Source: Sandaracinaceae bacterium
GTDB lineage: Bacteria > Myxococcota_A > Polyangia > Polyangiales > Sandaracinaceae
Assembly (NCBI GenBank): GCA_044220955.1
Contig: JBGAQA010000097.1
Coordinates: forward strand, 1 to 23,897
Direction of reading: 5' to 3'
Length of the DNA stretch: 23,897 nucleotides
Part shown: positions 1 to 8,447 of the stretch, piece after piece
Numbering within the stretch: the first letter of the stretch is position 1
Layout of the letters: each line of letters starts with the position of its first letter
Program-made: the position numbers and the translations under genes
The notes under the pieces: model-generated
The model's input: the letters and a program-made list of their open reading frames with translations, nothing else
What the model was told of the DNA's origin: nothing
The model's database searches: none

Positions 1-633
1 GGGCCCCCGCGCGAGCGCCTCGCGGCGAGCCGCCACGACCGCCCCGACGCCGAGCAGCGGCGGAGCGAGCCCGAGCAGCGCGCCGCTGGTCACGACGGCG
101 AGCGCCGACGAGAGAGCGCCGACGGCGAGCCCGACCATGCGGACCTGCTCGCGCCGGGGGCCGGGCGGCGGAAACGCAGCCACGAAGGCCCCCGCGAAGA
201 CGAGCGCGCTCGCGAGGATGCCGGGCGCCGATCCGATCATCTGGCGCGCGTTCAGCAGGAACAGGGGCGAGCTCGCCGCGGCGATGACCGCGTAGATCCC
301 CGCGCGCCGATCGACGACGCGCGTGACGAGCACGAAGACGACCCCGAGCGCGACGAGGCCGGCGAGCGCGATCGGCAGGCGCCCCGACCACTCGTGGACG
401 TCGAAGAGCGAGAACCCCATCGCGACGAGCGCCGTCGCGACCTGGGGGCTCGTCTGCGGGCCGGTCGCGTCCCCCGCCATGCGGTGCCGGGCCGCGTCGG
501 CCGCGGTCAGCTCCCAGGGATCCCAGATGCCGAAGCTCGCCAGGCGCCCCAGGACGAGCACGAGGACCGCGACCACGACGACGGCGATCGAGAGGCGCGA
601 GAGGAGCGCAGCGCGAGGCGAAGGTTCGTTCAT
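1..633 (-). CDS. ArnT/PMT_2-like GT-C membrane glycosyltransferase, N-terminal part (runs off window start)
   Basis: Not in the ORF track. Hand translation from ATG at 633 is open to base 1: MNEPSPRAALLSRLSIAVVVVAVLVLVLGRLASFGIWDPWELTAADAARH...GFSLFDVHEWSGRLPIALAG...AGIYAVIAAASSPLFLLNARQM. It shows TM1, a WDPWE acidic loop motif and an 'EWSGRLP' motif typical of ArnT-like enzymes. Confidence 0.75.
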   Translation of the reverse strand, partial: MNEPSPRAALLSRLSIAVVVVAVLVLVLGRLASFGIWDPWELTAADAARHRMAGDATGPQTSPQVATALVAMGFSLFDVHEWSGRLPIALAGLVALGVVFVLVTRVVDRRAGIYAVIAAASSPLFLLNARQMIGSAPGILASALVFAGAFVAAFPPPGPRREQVRMVGLAVGALSSALAVVTSGALLGLAPPLLGVGAVVAARREALARGP

Positions 634-682
634 GAGGCCGAAAGCGGCGGCAGACTAGACTGGCACGGCGCATCCGTCCATC

Positions 683-2164
683 GTGGCGACGGTCGTGACG
701 AGCGCGATGCCGAGCCCCGACCGCTCGCGAGAGCGGGCACGAATCCGCTGGGCCCTCTTGGCGCTGGCGCTCGTCGTGCGCCTCGCGTTCCGGCTGGAGT
801 CGACGGCCCTGCCCTTCACCGAGGGCCCGATCTTCGACTCCCCGGTGTACCTGCGCCAGGCCGCGGCGCTGCGTGCTGGCCATTTCGGGGATCCGACGCT
901 GCTCGCGTTCGGGCCGCTCTACGGATGGTTCCTCGCCGCGTTCGGCGGGCTCGCGATCGACGCGCAGCTGGTCCTCGGGCTGGCCACCGCGCTCGTCCTC
1001 GAGCGCGCCGCCACGCGCGCCGCGTCCGAGGACGCCGGCCTGGTCACGCTGGCCCTCTGGATCGGCTTCGCGGTCCCGCTCTTCTACGAGACGCTCGTGA
1101 TGAGCGAGACGCTCGGGCTCTTCCTCGCCGCCGCCGCCTTCGCGCTCTACCTCGACCCTCGCTTCACCGACGGGGATGCGCGCGCAGGGGCCGCGGCCGG
1201 GGCGGCGCTCGGCCTGGCCACGCTCGCCCGCGCGAACCTGATCTTCGCGCTGCCCTTCTTCGTGTTCGGCGGGCTCGCTCCGCGCGGGGGCGAGGCGCGC
1301 CCGGCACGATCGCGCCGCACCACGGCCCTCGCCCTCGGGCTCGGCGCGGTGCTCTGCCTCAACGGCGCGTGGAACTACGCGCACGTCGGTCGCTTCGTGC
1401 CGGTGATCCTCGCCTCGCGGACGGCGAGCCGCGCGTCCGAGCACGGGCGCTGGACGGGCTCGCTCGCCCCGCTCGGCGCGAGCGATGCGCCCCCGAGCGC
1501 CTGGGACGTCGTGCATCAAGCCGAGCAGACGCTCGCCTCGGACGGCCCGGCGCCGACCCCCGCGATCGACGTCGGCGGGTGGCTGGCGTCCAGCCCGGCC
1601 AAGCTCGCGCGCACGTTCTCCGACGTCGAGACGACCTTCGACTACGGGTTCTACGGTGCCCGGACCGAGCTGCGCTCGCTCGCGTGGCAGCCGATCTCGA
1701 TGGGGACGCTGCTGGTGCTCGGGCTGCTCGGCGCGATCCTCGGCGTCCGCCGGCGCGGGCTGCGCTGGGTCCTGCCCTACCTGCCCTTGGTGGTCGGGAC
1801 CGTCCTCGTGACGACCCTCTTCCACCCGAGCGGACGCTACCGCCTCTCCATGGCCCTGCCGCTCGTGATCCTCGCAGGCGACGGACTCGTGGCGCTCGCC
1901 CGGATGGAGCCGCCGCGCGTCCGCGTGGCCGCCGGCGTGCTCACCGGGCTCGTGGTGGCCTTCCTCGGCTACCGCCACCTGACGCACCCCCTCGCGAGCC
2001 CTGGGATGTGGCAGCTCCGGGTCGCGGAGAGCGAGACGGCGCGCGGCGACGTGAGCGCGGCGCGCGAGCGCATCGAGCGCGCCCTCGCGCTCGGCGGCGA
2101 CGATGTGATCGAGCGGATCCGGGTGCTGCGCGAGGCGCGCGCCCTGCCTGCGCCACCTCCGTGA
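683..2164 (+). CDS. GT-C-fold (PMT_2/GT39-like) multi-pass membrane glycosyltransferase with a C-terminal TPR-like helix pair
   Basis: 493 aa with many TM segments; DSPVY after TM1, 'PLYGWFLA', 'LVMSETLGLFL', 'GLATLARANL' and 'RYRL' motifs. Alternative start is ATG 707. Confidence 0.75.
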   Translation: MATVVTSAMPSPDRSRERARIRWALLALALVVRLAFRLESTALPFTEGPIFDSPVYLRQAAALRAGHFGDPTLLAFGPLYGWFLAAFGGLAIDAQLVLGLATALVLERAATRAASEDAGLVTLALWIGFAVPLFYETLVMSETLGLFLAAAAFALYLDPRFTDGDARAGAAAGAALGLATLARANLIFALPFFVFGGLAPRGGEARPARSRRTTALALGLGAVLCLNGAWNYAHVGRFVPVILASRTASRASEHGRWTGSLAPLGASDAPPSAWDVVHQAEQTLASDGPAPTPAIDVGGWLASSPAKLARTFSDVETTFDYGFYGARTELRSLAWQPISMGTLLVLGLLGAILGVRRRGLRWVLPYLPLVVGTVLVTTLFHPSGRYRLSMALPLVILAGDGLVALARMEPPRVRVAAGVLTGLVVAFLGYRHLTHPLASPGMWQLRVAESETARGDVSAARERIERALALGGDDVIERIRVLREARALPAPPP

Positions 2165-2174
2165 GCCGGCGTCC

Positions 2175-2212
2175 GCGAGCGGGCGAGCAGGGCCTCGTAC
2201 TCCGCGAGCCGC
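2175..2212. repeat. 38-bp direct repeat, left copy (duplicate of TPR gene 3' end)
   Basis: gcgagcgggcgagcagggcctcgtactccgcgagccgc is identical to 7619-7656; both copies encode RLAEYEALLARS on the minus strand. Confidence 0.95.
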
Positions 2213-2339
2213 TCCCCGAGCGCTCCGTGTGCGGGGCGACGGCCCGTCGCCACCTCCGCCGATCGGCGGCTCGTCCGCGTCGGGCGCGCACACCTCGGCA
2301 CGACCCGCGGCCTGGTCGTGCGAGGTGCCTCGTCGATGC

Positions 2340-2673
2340 CTCGCCTCGCTCGTCCCGAGGCCGCGCAAGAACACGACCGTGGATTTCGGCGTGCTCGCGG
2401 CCAACGCGCGAGGCCGCGAGCGGCTCCTCCCCGGCCCGAGCCCGAAAGGCGCACCCGCCCCGACGCATCCTGGCCGCGCTCATGAAGCACAGCTTCGGCC
2501 TCGACGTCCTGAAGTGCCCCAGGTGCACCGGCTGGCTCGGGTTCGTCGCGGTACTGCACGACGAGAAAGAGGTGCGCCGACTCCTCGAGCACCTCTGCCT
2601 CTGGAGCGAGCCCAGGCCGCTGCAACCCGCCCGCGGACCGCCCGACCCCCACGAGACCCTCGACTTCCCCTGA
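2340..2673 (+). pseudogene. IS91/ISCR-like (Y2 rolling-circle) transposase C-terminal remnant, frameshifted
   Basis: One frame reads LASLVPRPRKNTTVDFGVLAANARGRERLLP (cf. LAALVPxPRxNLxRYHGVLAPNA). After a frameshift near 2455-2475 it reads AALMKHSFGLDVLKCPRCTGWLGFVAVLHDEKEVRRLLEHLCLWSEPRPLQPARGPP (CxxC/ARGPP tail of this family). The N-terminal part is missing. Confidence 0.8.
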
Positions 2674-2782
2674 GAGGCCTCGCCGGAACGTTCCGCTCGC
2701 GTAGCCTCGGCCCGTCGGAGGAAACGGCGTCCATGGGGACCATGCCCTCGCTTGTGGCAGCGATTCACGACATCATCGCGAG

Positions 2783-4369
2783 ATGCACCTCCGGGGGGCG
2801 GGCCTCTGGCTCGCGTGTGTCTGCATGTCGGGGTGCGCGCTCGAGGTGGTGACGCCGGACGCCGCCGTGACGAGTCCGGACGCGGGCGCCGATGGTGGGA
2901 TCGACGCGGCGCTCCTCGATGCCGCGACCCACGACGCACCCATGCCGGATGCGTTCGTGCCGCGCATCGATGCGGGCGAGCCATGCGCGACCGCGGGCGC
3001 GACGCAGATGATGGCGTGCGGCAACTGCGGCACGCTCACGCGCATATGCTCCGCGGGCTTCTGGACCTACGGCGCGTGCACCGGCGAAGGCACGTGCGCG
3101 CCGGGTGCGACGCGCAGCGTGGCGTGCGGATTCTGCGGAACGCAGGAGCAGACGTGCGCAGGCGGGTGCGCGTGGGACACCACGGCGAGCTGCGCTGGCG
3201 AGACGGGAACGTGCAGGCCGGGCACGCGGGTCCGGACCGCGGCTGGATGTCCGCCCGGCGAGTCGCGCCTGGCGACGTGCGACGGGACGTGCGCGGAGGC
3301 GGGCGGCGCGTGCGAGGCGCCCGTGTGCACGGTGGGCGCGACGGGCACCGAGCGGTGCGGCTTCTGCGGGACACGCGGCCGCACGTGCGACGCGTTCGGT
3401 CAGTGGGTCCCCGGCATCTGCCAGGACACGGGCCTGTGCACTCCGGGCTCGACCGAGACGAATGCGTGCGGTGGATGCGGCACGCAGACGCGCACCTGCC
3501 AGCCGAGCTGCACCTGGGTGGCGGACCCATGCGTGGGTGGCCTCGCGTGTCCGACGACGCCCCCGGCTCCCACCTGCTTCGACGCGACGCACGTGCAGCG
3601 TGCGGCATCGGCCCTGCCCGCCTGCATCGGTGGCAGCGAGTGCGGCTATGCGCTCGTCACGCTTCCGTGCGCGGGCGGGTGCACGGGCGCCGGCGTCTGT
3701 GTCCGCGCGCCGCTACTGCTCGACGGCCTCGGCGGACCCGCGGGGTTCGGCCCGGGCATCCTGGACCGAAGCGACGACGCCTCGACGGCGCCGCTCTCGC
3801 CCGCCTTCGGACCCATCACGCTCTACGGCAGCTCGTACGGCGCGCTGTACGTCAACAACAACGGCAACCTCACGTTCGCGGGCCCGCTGGGCGCCTTCAC
3901 CCCCGGGTTCCCGACGCGCACCGGCGCTCCCATGATCGCGGTGTGGTGGGCCGACGTGGACACGCGCAACGCGGTGGGCCTGTCCGGACCCGAGCAGAAC
4001 CTCGTCTACTACGCGCAGGAGCCCACGCGCTTCGTCGCGACCTGGCTGCACGTCGGCTACTACAGCAGCCACAGCGATCGCAGCAACAGCTTCCAGGTGA
4101 TCCTCACGAGCCGCAGCGACGTCGCGCTCGGCGACTTCGACGTCGAGCTCCGCTACCAGGACTGCGAGTGGACCACCGGCGACGCGAGCGGGGGCGTGGG
4201 CGGGCTCGGAGGATCTCCGGCGAGCGCCGGGTTCTCCTCGGGCGATGGCGTCGTCGCGCTCAGGCTCCCGGGCTCGGGCACGAGCGCGGTGCTCGACCTG
4301 TGCTCGACGTCGAACGTGGGCACGCCCGGGATCTGGCGCTACCAGGTGCGCGGCGGAGAGCCGCTGTGA
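2783..4369 (+). CDS. Cys-rich repeat, nidogen-like (NIDO) domain secreted/lipoprotein
   Basis: Signal with possible lipobox (MSGC), DAG-rich linker and repeated CGxCGT..RTC..W units. The C-terminal NIDO motifs are DDAS, LYVNNNGNLTF, MIAVWWADVDTR, NSFQVIL and WTTGDASGG. Confidence 0.85.
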   Translation: MHLRGAGLWLACVCMSGCALEVVTPDAAVTSPDAGADGGIDAALLDAATHDAPMPDAFVPRIDAGEPCATAGATQMMACGNCGTLTRICSAGFWTYGACTGEGTCAPGATRSVACGFCGTQEQTCAGGCAWDTTASCAGETGTCRPGTRVRTAAGCPPGESRLATCDGTCAEAGGACEAPVCTVGATGTERCGFCGTRGRTCDAFGQWVPGICQDTGLCTPGSTETNACGGCGTQTRTCQPSCTWVADPCVGGLACPTTPPAPTCFDATHVQRAASALPACIGGSECGYALVTLPCAGGCTGAGVCVRAPLLLDGLGGPAGFGPGILDRSDDASTAPLSPAFGPITLYGSSYGALYVNNNGNLTFAGPLGAFTPGFPTRTGAPMIAVWWADVDTRNAVGLSGPEQNLVYYAQEPTRFVATWLHVGYYSSHSDRSNSFQVILTSRSDVALGDFDVELRYQDCEWTTGDASGGVGGLGGSPASAGFSSGDGVVALRLPGSGTSAVLDLCSTSNVGTPGIWRYQVRGGEPL

Positions 4370-6780
4370 CCAGCCGGGCGTTCGTCCTCGCCTGGCTGCT
4401 CCTCGCGCTGCACGTCGAGGGCGCACGGGCCCAGACCGCGCAGCTCGCGTCGCGCGGCGTGACGGCTTCGTTCGGGACCGGCGCGCGGCTCACGATCGGT
4501 GAGCACGTGGCGACGCTGCGTGCCGCCCGGCTCGGTCGCGGCTCACGCGCCGTCTCGCTCGGTGACGGCGCCGCGACGTCCGTCGGCACCGAGGTGCGCA
4601 CGCAGCGCGCGCGCGGAGTCGTCGAGTGGTGGCGTTCGTCGCCGGCCGGGCTCGAGCACGGCGTGACGATCGCCGAGCGTCCGCCGGGCGACGGAACGCT
4701 GCGCGTCGAGCTCGCGCTGACGGGCCTCGCCACGCGGAGCGTGAGCGACGATGCCGTCGCGCTCGTCGACGGCGCGGGCGCCACGGTCGCGACGTACGCG
4801 CACATCGTCGTGACCGACTCGGCAGGCACGCGCCTCGGCGCGAGGATGATCGCGAGCCCCGCTGGGATCTCGCTCGTCGTCGACGACGCGGGCGCCACCT
4901 ATCCCGTCGTCGTGGATCCGATCGTCGTCGTCGAAGAGGCGACCCTGGACGCCATGGACCTCCCTGGAGCGTTTGGCTTCGGCACCACGGTGTCGCTCAG
5001 CGGAGACGGGAGCCACGCGATCGTCGGTGCGTCCAGCGCCGACCGCGGGCCCGACGAACACGCCGGCGCCGCGCGCGTCTACGTGCGCACCGGCGAGACG
5101 TGGGCGGAGGAGGCGACGCTCTGGGCCTCGGACGGCGAGGCGGGCGACTTCTTCGGCAACTCGGTCTCGCTGAGCGCGGACGGCGGCCGCGCGCTGGTCG
5201 GCGCGGCGAACGACGACGCCTCCGCGGGCAGCGCGTACGTGTTCGTGCGATCGGGTGGGACGTGGACCGAGGAGGCGATCTTGCGAGCCGGGGCCCGCGC
5301 TCCCGACCACCACCTCGGCTGGTCGGTCTCGCTCAGCGGAGACGGGACGCGCGCCGTGGTCGGCGCAAGCGGCGCGAGCGGCGCGTACGTGTTCGTTCGC
5401 GTCGGATCGACGTGGACCGAAGAGGCGACGCTGCCCGCGCCCGGCGGGCACGGCTTCGGCACGAGCGTGTCCGCGAGCGCCGACGGAACGCTGGCGCTCA
5501 TCGGCAACCCGGACGCCGCGGACCCCCTCGGCGGAAGTGCGCTCGTCTTCGTACGCACGGCCGCGGGCTGGGCCCGCGAGGCGATGCTGCGTCCGTCGGA
5601 CGGCAACGTGAACCAGGGGTTCGGCTATGCGGTCGCGCTGAGCGGCGACGGGAGCCGCGCGATCGTGGGCTCCTGGAACGACGATCGAGCCCCGACCGGC
5701 GCCGGGCCGAGCATCGGCAGTGCGCGCGTGTTCCGTCGGACCGGCACGAGCTGGCCAGAAGAGGCGACGCTCCGTGTCGCGAGCGCCAGTGCGTACGACT
5801 CCGTCGGCTGGTCGGTCGCGCTCAGCTCCGATGGGAGCAGCGCGATCGTCGGCGCCAACAGCTCGCACAGTCCGCGATCGGTGGTGTTCTTCCGCGCGGC
5901 GACGGCGTGGGCCGAGGGGCCGACCATCGGCGCGGCGGGGCCGTCCGGCACGGATGGCGTGGGCATGTCCGTGTCGATCACCGCCGACGGCAGCCGGGCG
6001 CTCACGGGCAGGATCGGCGGTGCGCGGCTGTTCCGGCTCGGGAGGCCGAACGGCGCGCCTTGCGGCAGCACGTGGAACTGCGCGTCCGGCTTCTGCGCCG
6101 ACGGCGTGTGCTGCGACACCGCCTGCGGCGCATCCGCGCCCGACTGTCAGGCGTGCAGCGTGTCTGCGGGTGGCCTGATCGAAGGCGTGTGCGGTGCCGT
6201 CGTGTGCCGACCCTCGGCCGGCCCCTGCGACGTCCCCGAGCGCTGCGCGGCCCCGAGCACCACGTGTCCGCCCGACGTGCTCGCGCCCTCGGCCACGGTC
6301 TGCCGTCCCGCCGCCGGCGCGTGTGACCCCGCCGAGACGTGCACCGGCAGCGCTGCGCTCTGCCCCTCGGATCTCCGAGCCGACGTGGACGTGGTCTGTC
6401 GCTCGGCCGTGGGCCTCTGTGATCGAGCCGAGACGTGCGACGGCACCGGCCTCGACTGTCCGGCCGACGCGCTCGCCGCTGCCGGTTCGGAGTGTCGTGC
6501 GCCCGTGAGCGCGTGTGATCCGGCCGAGACATGCGACGGCGTCGCGATCGACTGCCCGACGGACGTAACCTGCCCGCCGGCCGTCGATGCGGGACCCATC
6601 GACGCGAGCACTGCTACCGACGCTGCGATGGCGAACCCCGTCGATGCCGGCGCTCCGGCGACGACGCCGAGCGGCTGCGGCTGTCGCGCATCGCGCGGCG
6701 ACGCGTCGCCGCTCGCCGTCGTGCTGCTCGCGATGGTGCTCGGGGCGATGCGACGCTCACGCCGGACGCGTACGCCGTAG
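4366..6780 (+). CDS. FG-GAP repeat beta-propeller surface protein with disintegrin-like Cys repeats and MYXO-CTERM anchor
   Basis: The true start is GTG 4366, a GTGA overlap with the upstream stop; the 2752 start is a spurious extension. It has a signal peptide, about 7 'FGxSVSLSGDG..A.VGA' repeats, CRPxAGxCDxxExC repeats, and GCGC + TM + RRSRR at the end. Confidence 0.85.
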   Translation: MTSRAFVLAWLLLALHVEGARAQTAQLASRGVTASFGTGARLTIGEHVATLRAARLGRGSRAVSLGDGAATSVGTEVRTQRARGVVEWWRSSPAGLEHGVTIAERPPGDGTLRVELALTGLATRSVSDDAVALVDGAGATVATYAHIVVTDSAGTRLGARMIASPAGISLVVDDAGATYPVVVDPIVVVEEATLDAMDLPGAFGFGTTVSLSGDGSHAIVGASSADRGPDEHAGAARVYVRTGETWAEEATLWASDGEAGDFFGNSVSLSADGGRALVGAANDDASAGSAYVFVRSGGTWTEEAILRAGARAPDHHLGWSVSLSGDGTRAVVGASGASGAYVFVRVGSTWTEEATLPAPGGHGFGTSVSASADGTLALIGNPDAADPLGGSALVFVRTAAGWAREAMLRPSDGNVNQGFGYAVALSGDGSRAIVGSWNDDRAPTGAGPSIGSARVFRRTGTSWPEEATLRVASASAYDSVGWSVALSSDGSSAIVGANSSHSPRSVVFFRAATAWAEGPTIGAAGPSGTDGVGMSVSITADGSRALTGRIGGARLFRLGRPNGAPCGSTWNCASGFCADGVCCDTACGASAPDCQACSVSAGGLIEGVCGAVVCRPSAGPCDVPERCAAPSTTCPPDVLAPSATVCRPAAGACDPAETCTGSAALCPSDLRADVDVVCRSAVGLCDRAETCDGTGLDCPADALAAAGSECRAPVSACDPAETCDGVAIDCPTDVTCPPAVDAGPIDASTATDAAMANPVDAGAPATTPSGCGCRASRGDASPLAVVLLAMVLGAMRRSRRTRTP

Positions 6781-6804
6781 CTCTGGGCAGAGAGGCGCCC
6801 CCGC

Positions 6805-7001
6805 GGCGAGCGACGCGCCCGCTCGTATCGCCGTCGCCGCGATGAAGCAGTCCACCATCGTTCCGCGCCTCCGGCCGCTCGCGTCGAACAGGAGCACGGC
6901 GGTCTCGGCCGTCTGGCGGTCGAACACGGGCGGCTCTCCGAGCACGCTCACGGCGTGGCTGATCTGCGGTCGCGTCACGGTCCGCACAGAATCAGGAAGT
7001 C
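6805..7001 (-). pseudogene. PIN-domain (VapC-like) toxin remnant
   Basis: DFLI-LCGP in one frame, then ...EPPVFDRQTAETAVLLFDASGRRRGTMVDCFIAATAIRAGASLA in another. The D..IAATA motif is present; there is no start and no terminal T.N..DF motif. Confidence 0.7.
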
Positions 7002-7004
7002 GCG

Positions 7005-7568
7005 TTGCCGCTGACGCAAGCGAGGAGCGGCAGAGCCGCTACCCTTCGTCACGTGTCCTCCGGTCTCTACCGTTCGCCGGCGGCGTTCAGCGCCAAGACC
7101 CTCGAGCAGCTCTTCCGCGCGGGCGACCTCGTGTCGGAGTCCGCTCGCCTGCGTGTCGTGCACACGCTGACGCCGTGGAAGCGGCACACGGTGACGCTCC
7201 ATCATCGACCGAGTTCGCTCGCCGAGTATCTCGTCGCGCTCGCGAAGCGGGCGCCGGTCCGCATCGACGTCCAGCGAGCGGAGAAGCTCGACGCGGAACG
7301 CTACGTGCTGCGGTCCGAGGGCGGTCGCGTGGTGCTCGGTGCCCGGGGCGATCCGGAGGACGTGGCGCTCCTCGACACGATCGAGGCGGCGCGCGTGCGG
7401 ACGGGTGGGGCCTCGTTCGCGATCGCCGAGCGCGAGTGTCGGTTCGCCGTGTCGGGATACGACGCCGCGCGGCTACCGGCGAAGTTCGCGCAGCACTACG
7501 TCCTCGCGGAGCTCGAGCTGCCGGAGCTGATCGAGCAGACGTGGGTCGTGATCGGGCACGGCGCGTGA
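7005..7568 (+). CDS. Hypothetical protein
   Basis: Globular-like composition and GC3-biased codons. The start is uncertain (TTG 7005 or GTG 7053). No family recognised. Confidence 0.6.
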   Translation: MPLTQARSGRAATLRHVSSGLYRSPAAFSAKTLEQLFRAGDLVSESARLRVVHTLTPWKRHTVTLHHRPSSLAEYLVALAKRAPVRIDVQRAEKLDAERYVLRSEGGRVVLGARGDPEDVALLDTIEAARVRTGGASFAIAERECRFAVSGYDAARLPAKFAQHYVLAELELPELIEQTWVVIGHGA

Positions 7569-7610
7569 TCCGCCTGGCGCAACCCCCCGGATCCGGCGTC
7601 CCGACGCTCG

Positions 7611-8447
7611 TCACGGGGGCGAGCGGGCGAGCAGGGCCTCGTACTCCGCGAGCCGCCGCTCGTAGCGCGGCCGGTCGTCGGCCACGTCCACTGCGCGGCG
7701 GAACGCCGCGAGCGCCTCGTCGCGGCGGCCGAGCTCGTGCAGGAGGATGCCGCGCCCGACGTGCGCCGCGGCGAAGTGCGGCCAGCGCTCGAGGATCCCG
7801 TCGTACGTGGCCAGCGCCTCGTCGAAGCGATGAGCGTTCACGAGCAGCGCCGCCAGGCCGATGCGCGCGCCCAGGAACTCCGGGTCCTCGCCGATCGCGG
7901 CGCGGTAGTCCCGCTCGGCCCCCTCGAGGTCGCCGGTGTGTGCGCGCGCCATCGCGAGCGCGTTGCGCGTCTCGCGGTGCGCCGGATCGAGGGCCAGCGC
8001 GCGCTCGAGGAAGGGGATGGCCTCCTCCGCGTGACCCCAGCGCAAGAGGCGCGTGCCGATCACGCGGAACGCGTGCGGGCTCTCCGGGGCCGCCTCGCAC
8101 GCGCCGTGGTACGCGACGAGCGCCTCGTCGTAGCGCCGCTCGAGCTCGTAGGTCTGACCGATCCGGACGCGCGGGGTCGCGCTGGCCGGCCGCAGCGTCG
8201 CCGCGCGCTCGAACGCCTCTCTCGCGCGCGCGTAGCGCTCGGCCGCCATCTCCGCCTCGCCGAGCGCCATCCACGGCGCGGGCTCGTCCGGGCTCCCCTC
8301 GGCGACCTGCCGGAAGAGGCTGGCCGCGCGCTCGAAGTCGCCGCGGTCCATCGCGCGGCGACCGTCCGACATCGGCCCGAACGCGCAGCCCGCGGCGACC
8401 GACGTGGCGAGCGCCAGGGCGAGCGCGATAAGCTTGCGACCGAGCAC
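7611..8447 (-). CDS. Tetratricopeptide-repeat lipoprotein
   Basis: From GTG 8447: RK + hydrophobic stretch + VAAGC lipobox, then about 7 TPR units (e.g. WMALGEAEMAAERYARAREAFERAATLRP). The upstream part of the 825-aa ORF is antisense shadow of pilR. Confidence 0.85.
   Translation of the reverse strand: MLGRKLIALALALATSVAAGCAFGPMSDGRRAMDRGDFERAASLFRQVAEGSPDEPAPWMALGEAEMAAERYARAREAFERAATLRPASATPRVRIGQTYELERRYDEALVAYHGACEAAPESPHAFRVIGTRLLRWGHAEEAIPFLERALALDPAHRETRNALAMARAHTGDLEGAERDYRAAIGEDPEFLGARIGLAALLVNAHRFDEALATYDGILERWPHFAAAHVGRGILLHELGRRDEALAAFRRAVDVADDRPRYERRLAEYEALLARSPP
7619..7656. repeat. 38-bp direct repeat, right copy, within TPR gene 3' end
   Basis: Identical to 2175-2212. Confidence 0.95.

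Larger units (their letters stand above)
2175..7656. mobile_element. Putative inserted island bounded by direct repeats
   Basis: Exact 38-bp flanking repeats, with a transposase remnant and a PIN toxin remnant inside. Removing it puts the GT-C gene and TPR gene tail-to-tail. No integrase is seen. Confidence 0.6.

Noticed and set aside
661..676. TGGCACG upstream of the GT-C gene as a sigma-54 promoter
   Set aside because: The -12 position reads CC rather than GC, and the site is too close to the start codon.
2175..2212. Repeat as a tRNA-type att site, or as a DGR template/variable repeat pair
   Set aside because: It is protein-coding sequence with no tRNA fold. The core copies are identical with no adenine-specific differences, and no reverse transcriptase is present in the window.
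394..2673. 759-aa ORF as a full-length transposase
   Set aside because: It is an Arg/Pro-rich off-frame shadow of the GT-C gene; only the last ~65 codons are transposase-like.
2752..4365. N-terminal extension making a 1342-aa FG-GAP protein
   Set aside because: It is an off-frame overlap with the NIDO gene; the signal peptide begins at GTG 4366.
4930..6575. Periodic DNA repeats resembling an array
   Set aside because: They are explained by protein repeats (FG-GAP and Cys units). There are no identical repeats with unique spacers and no cas genes, so this is not CRISPR.
7587..7596. Palindrome ccggatccgg between convergent genes
   Set aside because: It is short, has no U-tract, and is expected by chance at this GC content.
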